Of a stretch of DNA of 20,655 bases, positions 8,663-16,430 are shown piece after piece. The notes below the pieces were generated by a model. The model worked only from the letters and a program-made list of their open reading frames with translations, was not told the DNA's origin and did no database searches. This stretch comes from a virus. Its lineage: Duplodnaviria > Heunggongvirae > Uroviricota > Caudoviricetes. Position numbers and translations under genes: made by a program. Positions within the stretch are counted from its first letter, which is position 1. Every line of letters begins with the position of its first letter. The DNA is taken from the IMG/VR virus record IMGVR_UViG_2740892214_000006. The stretch is one strand, 5' to 3'.

Positions 8663-9124
8663 ATGGAACTAAAATTTATTGATAACCCTGTGCGATTACA
8701 GGCCTTTCTTAACGAGCCAGGCAATACCGAAAATATTGTTGAGCCGGGGCACACGTACTACATCAAGCCTGATGCGGTATATCTCGGCATCTACGAAGGA
8801 TTAGTGCTGGCTGGCGTTCATGAAGTGCGTAACTTCTGGCATAGCGTTGTTGAATGCCATGCGGTGTACGACCCCGGATTCCGTGGTGAATATGCACTGC
8901 AAGGACATCGATTATTCTGCAAATGGCTTCTCGAAAACTCACCATTCCTTAACAGCATCACTATGGTTCCTGACACCACGAAATACGGACGGGCAATTAT
9001 CCGTTTGCTTGGCGCTACCCGTGTTGGTCACCTTGATGATGCTTATATCAGATGTGGTAAACCCGTCGGCGTAACGCTTTATCAGTTAACTCGGCAACAA
9101 TATAAGGAATTCAGCGAATGTTAA
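8663..9124 (+). CDS. hypothetical protein (153 aa); positional analogue of P22 gp14
   Basis: First gene of a coupled four-gene chain; stop overlaps the next start (ATGTTAA). Function inferred only from position. Confidence 0.7.
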   Translation: MELKFIDNPVRLQAFLNEPGNTENIVEPGHTYYIKPDAVYLGIYEGLVLAGVHEVRNFWHSVVECHAVYDPGFRGEYALQGHRLFCKWLLENSPFLNSITMVPDTTKYGRAIIRLLGATRVGHLDDAYIRCGKPVGVTLYQLTRQQYKEFSEC

Positions 9125-9795
9125 TTACCCATATAGCTCATAAACATCTCAATCGTGCCGTATACGAAAAAGGCGGTGATGGTGGTGCCTCTAAAGCTCA
9201 GGCGAAGGCCCAGCAGCAGGCAATTGATTTGCAGCGCGAGCAGTGGAATACGGTGATGAATAATCTCAAGCCGTATGCAGAAGTCGGATTGCCTGCTTTA
9301 CAACAACTGCAAGGACTGATGACTCTGGAAGGGCAGAATAAAGCCGCGAATGATTTCTTTGGTTCTGGTTTATATAAAACACAGGCAGATCAGGCCCGTT
9401 ATCAGAACCTTGTCTCAGCAGAAGCTACCGGGGGGCTTGGCTCAACAGCTACCAGTAACCAGTTATCTTCCATTGCGCCCATGCTTTATAACAATTGGCT
9501 CAGTGGGCAAATGCAAAATTATGGAAACCTGCTAAATGTCGGGATGAATGCGGCATCAGGGCAGGCAACAGCAGGGCAAAACTACGCCAATAATACCGGG
9601 CAACTCTTGCAGGGGCTTGGCGCTATTCGTGCAGGTCAGGCGCAGCAGCCATCCAGTCTTGCGCGTGGTATTGGTGGGGCGGCATCAGGCGCTTTAGCGG
9701 GTGCGCAACTTGGTTCCGTTGTTCCGGGTATAGGTAATGTCGCCGGGGCTATTGGTGGTGGGCTTATTGGTCTTGTTGGGGGGCTTGGATTCTAA
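9118..9795 (+). CDS. putative virion internal/ejection protein (P22 gp7-like by size, order and composition)
   Basis: 225 aa, with Q/N/G/A-rich low-complexity and a Gly-rich hydrophobic C-terminus (GIGGAASGALAGAQLGSVVPGIGNVAGAIGGGLIGLVGGLGF). SD AAGGA upstream; TAATG overlap with the next gene. Confidence 0.75.
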   Translation: MLITHIAHKHLNRAVYEKGGDGGASKAQAKAQQQAIDLQREQWNTVMNNLKPYAEVGLPALQQLQGLMTLEGQNKAANDFFGSGLYKTQADQARYQNLVSAEATGGLGSTATSNQLSSIAPMLYNNWLSGQMQNYGNLLNVGMNAASGQATAGQNYANNTGQLLQGLGAIRAGQAQQPSSLARGIGGAASGALAGAQLGSVVPGIGNVAGAIGGGLIGLVGGLGF

Positions 9796-11093
9796 TGGCG
9801 ACATGGCAACTTGGCGGGCTGCCTAGCATGGCACCGCAAAATGATAATGCTCCTCGTTCTTCCGTTCTTCAGCCTGTGCAGTATCAGCAGCAGCCAAACG
9901 TAGGTTTAATGGCGCTACAGGGGCTAAGAGGCGTTGCTGAGATTAATCAGCAGGCACGTCAACAACAGCGTAAAGCAGAGTTTCAGAAAGCATATGCCGG
10001 GGCTTTTGAGTCTGGAGACAGAAACAAAATGCGCAGTCTTATTTCTGAGTATCCAGAAGAATTTGAAAGCGTTCAGAAAGGGATGGGCTTTATTGATGAC
10101 GACCAGAGAAATTCTATTGGTCATCTTGCGACTAGTGCTCAAATCGCATCTTCGCTCGGAACTGGGGCATTTGGAAAATTCATAGCAGATAACGAAGATG
10201 AAATGCGTCGCTTGGGAATTTCTCCTGAGTCTGTTGCCGAAATGCATGTTAATGATCCACAGGGATTCCAGCGGCTTGCTGGTAGTATGGCACTGTTTTC
10301 TCTCGGTCATGAGAAGTATTTCGATATCAAAGATCAAATGGAAGGTCGTCGACTTGAGCAAGGGCGACTGGATGAAAGTATGCGTCAGGCTGACATGGAG
10401 AACGCGAGAGGATGGGCAAATATCCAGAACGCTCAACTAGACAGGGCTCAGCGAGCACAAATTCACTCAGATGAGATGGGATTGAAGCTAATGGAGCTGG
10501 GGCAAAAAGGTAAGCCGTCAGCAGACTTAATTAAGGGATTAAATTCTGACATTACCAATTTTGGCAAAAATTATAACTCTGTCAGAGCGGCGGCAAACTC
10601 TCTGCAAGCCCTTAGCAAGGTAAATACTGGCGCTGCCCAACTTGGGATTATCTTCAACTACATGAAATCTCTTGACCCGCAGTCAGTCGTTCGTGAAGGC
10701 GAACAGGTTCAGGTAATGCGGTCTGATGGCATATGGGGACAAATCAAAGGATACATAGACCAGCTTAATGCTGGAAACGGCCTGTCGCAGGAGGCAAAGG
10801 ATAACATTGTTAACGCCGCAAAAATCAACGCCAATGCTATGGGGCAGCAGTTTAACCAGCAGGTTGACGAGTATCTCGATACATATGGAGAAACTATTCC
10901 TCAGGGGCTAAGAAAAAGCCTTGAAAGAAGGAAAGCGAAGCTATTTGACGATGTTTCCGGGCAGCCTACATCACAGGCTGGCACTGGACAGGCAAAAGCG
11001 GCAACCGGAGGAATATCAGAAGGCGCAACGGCAACCAACCCTAAAACTGGTCAGAAAATCATTTACAGGAACGGAAAATGGCAGCAAATGTAA
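9795..11093 (+). CDS. putative virion internal/ejection protein (P22 gp20-like by size, order and composition)
   Basis: 432 aa, Q-rich N-terminus, coupled to flanking genes by overlapping start/stop; composition typical of podovirus ejection proteins. Confidence 0.8.
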   Translation: MATWQLGGLPSMAPQNDNAPRSSVLQPVQYQQQPNVGLMALQGLRGVAEINQQARQQQRKAEFQKAYAGAFESGDRNKMRSLISEYPEEFESVQKGMGFIDDDQRNSIGHLATSAQIASSLGTGAFGKFIADNEDEMRRLGISPESVAEMHVNDPQGFQRLAGSMALFSLGHEKYFDIKDQMEGRRLEQGRLDESMRQADMENARGWANIQNAQLDRAQRAQIHSDEMGLKLMELGQKGKPSADLIKGLNSDITNFGKNYNSVRAAANSLQALSKVNTGAAQLGIIFNYMKSLDPQSVVREGEQVQVMRSDGIWGQIKGYIDQLNAGNGLSQEAKDNIVNAAKINANAMGQQFNQQVDEYLDTYGETIPQGLRKSLERRKAKLFDDVSGQPTSQAGTGQAKAATGGISEGATATNPKTGQKIIYRNGKWQQM

Positions 11094-13195
11094 TCTTACC
11101 GGAAGGTTTTGTGCTCGATGAACAACCTGATAACTCACAGTTTCCTGATAGTTCACAGCTTCCTGATGGTTTTGTGCTTGATGCCCAACCAGAACAGCAG
11201 CAATCACCTTTGGTTTCACCAGAGGAAAATTCCAGACAGGAAAATGTTGTTAATAATGCTAACGGTTTCGACCGTTTTATGTATGGCGTTCTCAGTGGAT
11301 TGATGGATGTTGGTAAAGGTGTTGGCCTGTTTCAGGATATGACACCAGAAGAGCAAGCCGCAATTCAGTCTCTACAGCAGAAGTTAGCGGCAAAACCATC
11401 AACCGCACAAGATGTTGGTGAGTTCGTTGGACAAGCAGCGCCATTTGTTAGTGGTGGTGGGATTATTTCTCAGGTTCCCAAAGGGGCGGCAAGACTGGCT
11501 GCCGCCGCAGGGCTTGGTGCTGGAGAAGGGGCTATTGTAGCCAATGGAACAAATAGCGATGTTGCTTCCGGCGCTGCTATTGGCGCTGTGGCTGGCCCTG
11601 TAGCCGAACTTGCTGGCCCTGCAATTAATAAAATAGCTGGGAAATTAACCAAGAAGAATGTTTCTTCGATTCCAGATATTGAGGGGATTACTCCTGCCGA
11701 AGAGAAAATTCGTAAGTTATCTGCACAAGGCAACCCAAATCTTGCCTCTTCGCTTGAAGGGCTAGATCTAAAACCTCAGAAAGAAATTGTTGAGGCTGCA
11801 AATAGGCTTCATGTTGATTCAGTTCTTCCTTCTCATTTATCAGGAAATGAGCAATACCAAGCTGTAGAGCAAGCCCTAAAGTCACGGACAGGATCAGCGT
11901 TAAAAGCTCAAGAAGATAAAGCAATAAGCGAATTAGCCTCTAGTGCTGGCAAGATAATCGATGATGTTGCTGGTGCGCCAGATGCGTTAGCTATGAGCGA
12001 AAAATATATTTATCAGATAAATAGTAGAATGGAAGCACTAAAAAACCGTAGTGATCAGTTATATAAACGTGTTGATTCCGCTCTATCACCAAGAACAAAA
12101 GTCGAAGCAAATAACACAAGCACTATGCTGGAAAAAATCGCTGATGATTTAGGAGGGTGGGATAATCTTGACCCAATAGAAAAGCGAGTTTTTACAGCAA
12201 TAAACCCCGGCCCAGATAGCATCCTAACGTATGCAAATTTAAACAGGCAAAGGCGTTTAGTTGGTGATGCCCTAAATAAAAAGCAGGGGCCATACAAAGA
12301 TGCTGATAAAGAAGCGCTATCAAGACTATATGGAGCTTTAGCTGAAGACCAAAAATCTGTCTTATCCAATACTGGATACTTGCGAGATTTCGAAGTCGCA
12401 CAACGCCTTGTAGCTATGAGAAAAAACTTAGAAAGGCAAATGGTAAATCTTCGCGGGAAAACACTTAATGGGGATATAGCGTATAAAGTAACGAATTCTC
12501 TTCAATCTATGGCAAAAGGTGATGCGAGAGGGTTTCGTGAGATTATGCAAAATACTCCATCAAGAACATTGCGAAGGGAGCTAGTAGGAACAGCATTAAG
12601 AGATATACTTTCCTCTGGGAAGCGTGGGGCCGACTTTAATCCATCTGGCTTTGCAGATTGGTGGCAAAACTTGCAACACAGTGGACAGCTAAAGACTTTG
12701 GCTGAACATTTGCCAAAAGAAACAATGAGCGGACTATATGATGTATACAAAGTTGCCAGAGCAATAAAAAATGCTAAAGCGCATGAAATATCTACTGGTA
12801 AGCTGAATGAGTTTGTAAACAGATTTAATCGGGTAACAGCTCCATACGAACTAGCAGCAAAACACATTCAAAAAATAGGCACGATGGTAGGCGCTCATTT
12901 TGGATCGCTTGGAGCCATTGCTGGGGCTGATATTGGAGCAAGATTGGCGAGTAAAGCTCGATTAGCTGGTGGAGCAGGGGCGGCTGATGCTGCGGATAAA
13001 TTAATTGCCTCGCCAGCCTTCCAGAGCGCAGTAAAAAATCTACACGGAAAAGCGCCTGGGCACATTGTTGATTCACGTATCAGGCGCTCCCCTCAATGGA
13101 AGAGTTTTTTTAACTCTCTTCCTGAACAGGAAAAACGGACCATCGCCAGACTGGGCATCATTACTTGGCTATCTAATGATCCAGATAATGACTAG
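11078..13195 (+). CDS. putative virion internal/ejection protein (P22 gp16-like by size, order and composition)
   Basis: 705 aa; SD AGGAACGG upstream, start overlaps previous gene by 16 nt. N-terminal tandem repeat LPEGFVLDEQP / LPDGFVLDAQP; Gly/Ala-rich blocks flank a lower-GC central part. Confidence 0.8.
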   Translation: MAANVILPEGFVLDEQPDNSQFPDSSQLPDGFVLDAQPEQQQSPLVSPEENSRQENVVNNANGFDRFMYGVLSGLMDVGKGVGLFQDMTPEEQAAIQSLQQKLAAKPSTAQDVGEFVGQAAPFVSGGGIISQVPKGAARLAAAAGLGAGEGAIVANGTNSDVASGAAIGAVAGPVAELAGPAINKIAGKLTKKNVSSIPDIEGITPAEEKIRKLSAQGNPNLASSLEGLDLKPQKEIVEAANRLHVDSVLPSHLSGNEQYQAVEQALKSRTGSALKAQEDKAISELASSAGKIIDDVAGAPDALAMSEKYIYQINSRMEALKNRSDQLYKRVDSALSPRTKVEANNTSTMLEKIADDLGGWDNLDPIEKRVFTAINPGPDSILTYANLNRQRRLVGDALNKKQGPYKDADKEALSRLYGALAEDQKSVLSNTGYLRDFEVAQRLVAMRKNLERQMVNLRGKTLNGDIAYKVTNSLQSMAKGDARGFREIMQNTPSRTLRRELVGTALRDILSSGKRGADFNPSGFADWWQNLQHSGQLKTLAEHLPKETMSGLYDVYKVARAIKNAKAHEISTGKLNEFVNRFNRVTAPYELAAKHIQKIGTMVGAHFGSLGAIAGADIGARLASKARLAGGAGAADAADKLIASPAFQSAVKNLHGKAPGHIVDSRIRRSPQWKSFFNSLPEQEKRTIARLGIITWLSNDPDND

Positions 13196-13214
13196 TGAAT
13201 GGCCACGGATGGCC

Positions 13215-13640
13215 TCAATCTTTATTCTTTGAAATAGAGTCATTGATCTTTTCGAAACACCAATGAAATCCACAAAAGAGAGCTACACCAATATAACAAT
13301 ACAAAACTATCAACCACCTTTCAGTGTCCGAAGGGTAAAAAACATCAATTACATAAGCAACACCAATTGGTATTAATGCTAGTAATAACATCGACACAGG
13401 ACGTACAAACTTCTGAACTATATCAATTTTATAGAACCACAAGGCGGTATGTTTAATGATATAAGTAAAGATGGCTGCGCCAATAATGGCAAAAAACACC
13501 ATCGATAAAGTCGGGTATAACTTTGCGACAATTAAACCCAACAAAATAATTATAACTGCCTGCCCCCTCACACCAACCCTCCCTTTAGCTTTGTTTAGAA
13601 TGGCAATCATCATATATCCAAGACATGGCATTTGGTACAT
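13215..13640 (-). CDS. small integral membrane protein (4 predicted TM helices); candidate superinfection-exclusion protein
   Basis: 141-aa ORF convergent with the ejection-protein operon; four hydrophobic segments; markedly AT-rich (moron-like); occupies the position of sieA in P22-type genomes. Weak RBS, start uncertain. Confidence 0.6.
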   Translation of the reverse strand: MYQMPCLGYMMIAILNKAKGRVGVRGQAVIIILLGLIVAKLYPTLSMVFFAIIGAAIFTYIIKHTALWFYKIDIVQKFVRPVSMLLLALIPIGVAYVIDVFYPSDTERWLIVLYCYIGVALFCGFHWCFEKINDSISKNKD

Positions 13641-13764
13641 AGCTTGGGTCGGGATTTCAAATCCGCTCCCAGTTGATGGGGCCGTTACAGTACGCGCATA
13701 TCCGCTTTATGTGAAACAGGAAGATTTTTCTGATATCACTGCCACAGCAAAACACCAATTTCGA

Positions 13765-13780
13765 GACAAGTACGCGCGCG
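13765..13780. repeat. GACAAGTACGCGCGCG motif, copy 1
   Basis: Exact 16-mer shared with copies at 14050 and 15333; alternating CG palindromic core. Confidence 0.6.
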
Positions 13781-13788
13781 AGGGGTAT

Positions 13789-13812
13789 CAGTTGCAAAAA
13801 GTTTTGCAACTG
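13789..13812. promoter_or_regulatory. operator-like perfect palindrome CAGTTGCAAAA-AG-TTTTGCAACTG
   Basis: 11-bp inverted arms with a 2-nt spacer, in the 450-bp intergenic region upstream of the membrane-protein gene. Confidence 0.4.
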
Positions 13813-14049
13813 CGTCCGACCAGTACGCACACAATGGAGGGAAGTACCATAAAACTGTTCTCTACATAAGACAGAGTGGTGGTGATGTGTTGATTATCGG
13901 CGTATATGCGCACAGGACGCGCTATGACAATGTTTTATGCGGGTACACCAATCACATGTATCTGATGTGATAAATCGCGTTACATGACATCTCTGTTGTG
14001 CTGGTGGTTATCACGACTTTCTGAATCTGGCCTTTGCCTGATATTTTGC

Positions 14050-14065
14050 GACAAGTACGCGCGCG
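14050..14065. repeat. GACAAGTACGCGCGCG motif, copy 2
   Basis: Exact 16-mer; extended palindrome TACGCGCGCGTA; lies about 30 nt beyond the 3' end of the small - strand gene. Confidence 0.6.
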
Positions 14066-14093
14066 TAGCATCGACAGCATACACATTGGATAT

Positions 14094-14315
14094 TCATTTT
14101 GTGACCAATGCGATAAGTAGCGGGATAAGAATTGATAAAATCAACAGGCCGATGATCCACTTTTGATTTTCACTGGCCTTATCTCTATTTTCATCAATCT
14201 TATCAATAATTCGACGCTCCAAGCCGTGCATATCACCGCGAATGGCAATCATCTCATTGCGAACATCCGAGAAGTGGTTGGCTTGATGTTCAATGTGTGG
14301 CGTTCTGCCTTTCAT
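14094..14315 (-). CDS. small tail-anchored membrane protein (73 aa)
   Basis: Hydrophilic charged N-terminal 50 aa followed by one C-terminal TM helix (WIIGLLILSILIPLLIALV); AGGA upstream of ATG. Confidence 0.5.
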   Translation of the reverse strand: MKGRTPHIEHQANHFSDVRNEMIAIRGDMHGLERRIIDKIDENRDKASENQKWIIGLLILSILIPLLIALVTK

Positions 14316-14394
14316 TCCTGATCCTCACCTATCGTCACCACCTGCTGGTGTATAAAGGTATTGGCCCAAGCAGCTTTCCAATGGGCACTCATGT

Positions 14395-14850
14395 TTATAC
14401 GCTGACCTTACAATCAATCACCGCTTTTAACTTTTCAGCATTGCTTCCCTGACGCTTCCACGCGCTGTAAATATCTTTATCCCACGCTTTACCAGCTTTT
14501 GTTTGATAGCCTGCTTCATTGATCCGTTCAGCTATCACACGCCCATTATCAAATCCCTGTTGGATGGTATCGGCAATGATCTTTATAACTGCCGTTTCGT
14601 TATATGGTTTTGGTGGGATGTTCGGCTTTCCGGCAATAAGCGACGCAGCGGCTTTTTCCATGCGCTCCACCAGCCCAAGCATTCGTGAATCAATAGACTT
14701 TTCCGGCTGCCCCAGCTTCATGCGAATCGCATCAACAAGCCAGGAGGTTTTATCTCCTCCAGAAGCGAGAACAGACCGATTAAACTCATCCTGCAATTCA
14801 GATGGGATGCGGAACGCGATCAGATTAGATTTGCTCATTGCAAAGACCAT
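14395..14850 (-). CDS. RHH-domain (Arc/Mnt-like) repressor-like protein with C-terminal extension (151 aa)
   Basis: N-terminus has an RHH signature (beta-strand LIAFRIPSEL followed by helices); divergent from the PerC-like gene across an operator-like region. Start could be ATG 14850 or 14838. Confidence 0.65.
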   Translation of the reverse strand: MVFAMSKSNLIAFRIPSELQDEFNRSVLASGGDKTSWLVDAIRMKLGQPEKSIDSRMLGLVERMEKAAASLIAGKPNIPPKPYNETAVIKIIADTIQQGFDNGRVIAERINEAGYQTKAGKAWDKDIYSAWKRQGSNAEKLKAVIDCKVSV

Positions 14851-14867
14851 ATCAGTGAGTAATATCC

Positions 14868-14899
14868 ATACAGTATACCACTGTATAACACTGTTATAC
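14868..14899. promoter_or_regulatory. operator-like repeats in a divergent promoter region
   Basis: Inverted repeat ATACAGT (14868-14874) / ACTGTAT (14880-14886), followed by direct repeats ACTGTATAAC / ACTGTTATAC (14880-14899), between divergent genes. Confidence 0.4.
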
Positions 14900-15002
14900 G
14901 CTCAAATATCAGCCAGAAAATAACGGACCAATCACAAAGCTATCGCTGTGTTGTTGGTTCAGAGCTGGGCTGTGTTGGTTCAAAATAATCTGAGAGGCAG
15001 AA

Positions 15003-15284
15003 ATGATAAGGGACAGGAAAGCTGAAGAGCTGGAGTCAAAAGGGCTATACCGGAGAGCTGCCGCACGATGGATGGAAGTCATGCTGTTATGCACCGAGGA
15101 CGATGATCGGGAATGGATAAAGCGCCGCCGTGAAACGTGTCTGGAGAACGTGAAGCGCCCGCCCGTGAAGGTTGAGGACTTTGGCGACCTGCATAAAGCT
15201 GTTACCGAAACGCAACACCGCATGGGGATAGCGCAACCGAACGGTAACGCCTTCCGGTTAAATGGCGGCAAGAGGCAAAGGTAG
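15003..15284 (+). CDS. PerC-family-like transcriptional regulator (93 aa)
   Basis: SD GAGAGG 5 nt before ATG 15003. Motif EELESKGLYRRAAARWMEVM...DREWIKRRRETCL matches my recollection of the PerC/Pch family signature. Confidence 0.65.
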   Translation: MIRDRKAEELESKGLYRRAAARWMEVMLLCTEDDDREWIKRRRETCLENVKRPPVKVEDFGDLHKAVTETQHRMGIAQPNGNAFRLNGGKRQR

Positions 15285-15288
15285 ACCA

Positions 15289-15310
15289 CCAGAGGGAAAT
15301 CATCCTCTGG
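15289..15310 (+). terminator. possible weak terminator hairpin
   Basis: 7-bp stem CCAGAGG / CCTCTGG with 8-nt loop, 5 nt after the PerC-like stop; the downstream T-tract is poor. Confidence 0.3.
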
Positions 15311-15332
15311 CTGGCGGTTTCTGGTATTTCGG

Positions 15333-15350
15333 GACAAGTACGCGCGCGCG
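15333..15350. repeat. GACAAGTACGCGCGCG(CG) motif, copy 3
   Basis: Same motif with one extra CG, giving the palindrome TACGCGCGCGCGTA; about 50 nt after the PerC-like stop. Confidence 0.6.
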
Positions 15351-15581
15351 TAGCACCCAATCGGTGAGGAAATAGCGGCGACCTGAATGGTCAAAATCAC
15401 AACGCAGCTATCCCCGTAAGCAGCGCTTAACGGAATAGCAGTAACCTGAATCCAGTGGGGAGGGGGTAGTCAAATCTCTACAGCCCTGACTATCCGGGAC
15501 TGCCCGCCCCATCGTTTTTTTATACCCGCGAAAAATGAAATTTAATCCGGGCGTGTTTCATCCTTCCAGAGGGTATGACGT

Positions 15582-15767
15582 ATGACACCACGCGAAATAG
15601 CCTTATTGACCATCGCCAAACTTGAGCACGGAGGCCACCAGCTTACACAGGCAGATCAACGGGAGATAGAACGATCAGTTAATGCCGATATAGCCCGGCG
15701 CGACAGGTTCCGCGAAATGATGCGAGCACCTGCCTACCAGTGGAAGAAGCCAGCGCCGCGCAGGTAG
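15582..15767 (+). CDS. small hypothetical protein (61 aa)
   Basis: ATG 15582 with AGAGGG about 9 nt upstream; charged and Arg-rich; no family recognised; could be spurious. Confidence 0.35.
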   Translation: MTPREIALLTIAKLEHGGHQLTQADQREIERSVNADIARRDRFREMMRAPAYQWKKPAPRR

Positions 15768-15887
15768 ATATGGGATTATTCCACATGTAACTTATGCGTA
15801 TTAAGCAAATTTCCTTTATTCACCTTTACAGAATTGTGAGTACGTCAGTATCGTTATCCTTCCGATTCGCATTTATTCAGGATTTGC

Positions 15888-16430
15888 ATGTACCAGCTAA
15901 AGATAACCATCCGAGACAGCAAACCACCTATATGGCGGCGTGTGCTGGTTCCAGAGCAAATCCCCTTTAGTAAACTTCATGCCGTGATCCAGTTAGCTTT
16001 TGGCTGGAATGACGAACACCTGTATATGTTCGAGAAAGGGCGTAAAGGTGATCCAGGTAGCGAGTATCGCGTATGGGGTGAGGATGAAAGCATGGGTAAC
16101 GCGGCAATCACGCCACTATGGGCGGCGCTCCAGAATGAGGGTGACAAGCTGGTTTACACGTATGACTTTGGCGACTGGTGGGATTGCGTCATTGTGCTGG
16201 AGAAGCAAACACACGATACGAGTAATCAGCCCATTAGCTGCCTGCGTGGGAAAGGCACCACCCCGGCGGAAAACTCAGGCGGCTTGCATGGTTACAATGA
16301 ATTGCTATTACAGGCCAGAGAGTCTGATAATCCTGAGCAGGCCGAGATCCACAATTTCCTGATGCTGGATATTGAACGCCGGGTTTACGACCTGAGCCGC
16401 ATCAACGACAGATTGCAGGCTATTTACTGA
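15888..16430 (+). CDS. plasmid pRiA4b ORF-3-like (PRiA4_ORF3) domain protein (180 aa)
   Basis: N-terminal YQLKITIRDSKPPIWRRVLVP...LH.VIQ.AFGW..EHLYMF matches the PRiA4_ORF3 signature as recalled; AGGA 5 nt before ATG. Confidence 0.8.
   Translation: MYQLKITIRDSKPPIWRRVLVPEQIPFSKLHAVIQLAFGWNDEHLYMFEKGRKGDPGSEYRVWGEDESMGNAAITPLWAALQNEGDKLVYTYDFGDWWDCVIVLEKQTHDTSNQPISCLRGKGTTPAENSGGLHGYNELLLQARESDNPEQAEIHNFLMLDIERRVYDLSRINDRLQAIY

Noticed and set aside
8485-9124. RHH gene plus the 153-aa gene as a toxin-antitoxin pair
   Set aside because: The 153-aa protein shows no toxin-like motifs I recognise and is coupled to the three downstream genes, so an operon-leader regulator is more parsimonious.
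8485-13195. RHH-led operon as a mobilisation (TraY-like accessory plus relaxase) module
   Set aside because: No HUH (His-hydrophobic-His) relaxase motif or recognisable nic-site context was seen in the downstream proteins.
13201-13214. Bidirectional terminator between the convergent gp16-like and membrane-protein genes (GGCCA-CGGA-TGGCC)
   Set aside because: The stem is only 5 bp and lies partly within 3 nt of the membrane-protein stop codon; too weak to annotate.
13471-14166. + strand ORFs 13471-13869 and 13984-14166
   Set aside because: The first is antisense to the membrane-protein gene and the second spans palindrome-rich intergenic DNA; both lack RBS and have low-complexity composition.
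14503-15400. ORFs 14503-14688 (+), 14519-14923 (+) and 14909-15400 (-, 163 aa)
   Set aside because: They are antisense to or overlap the RHH-domain gene and the PerC-like gene; the 163-aa frame is Ser/Arg-rich and crosses the divergent promoter.
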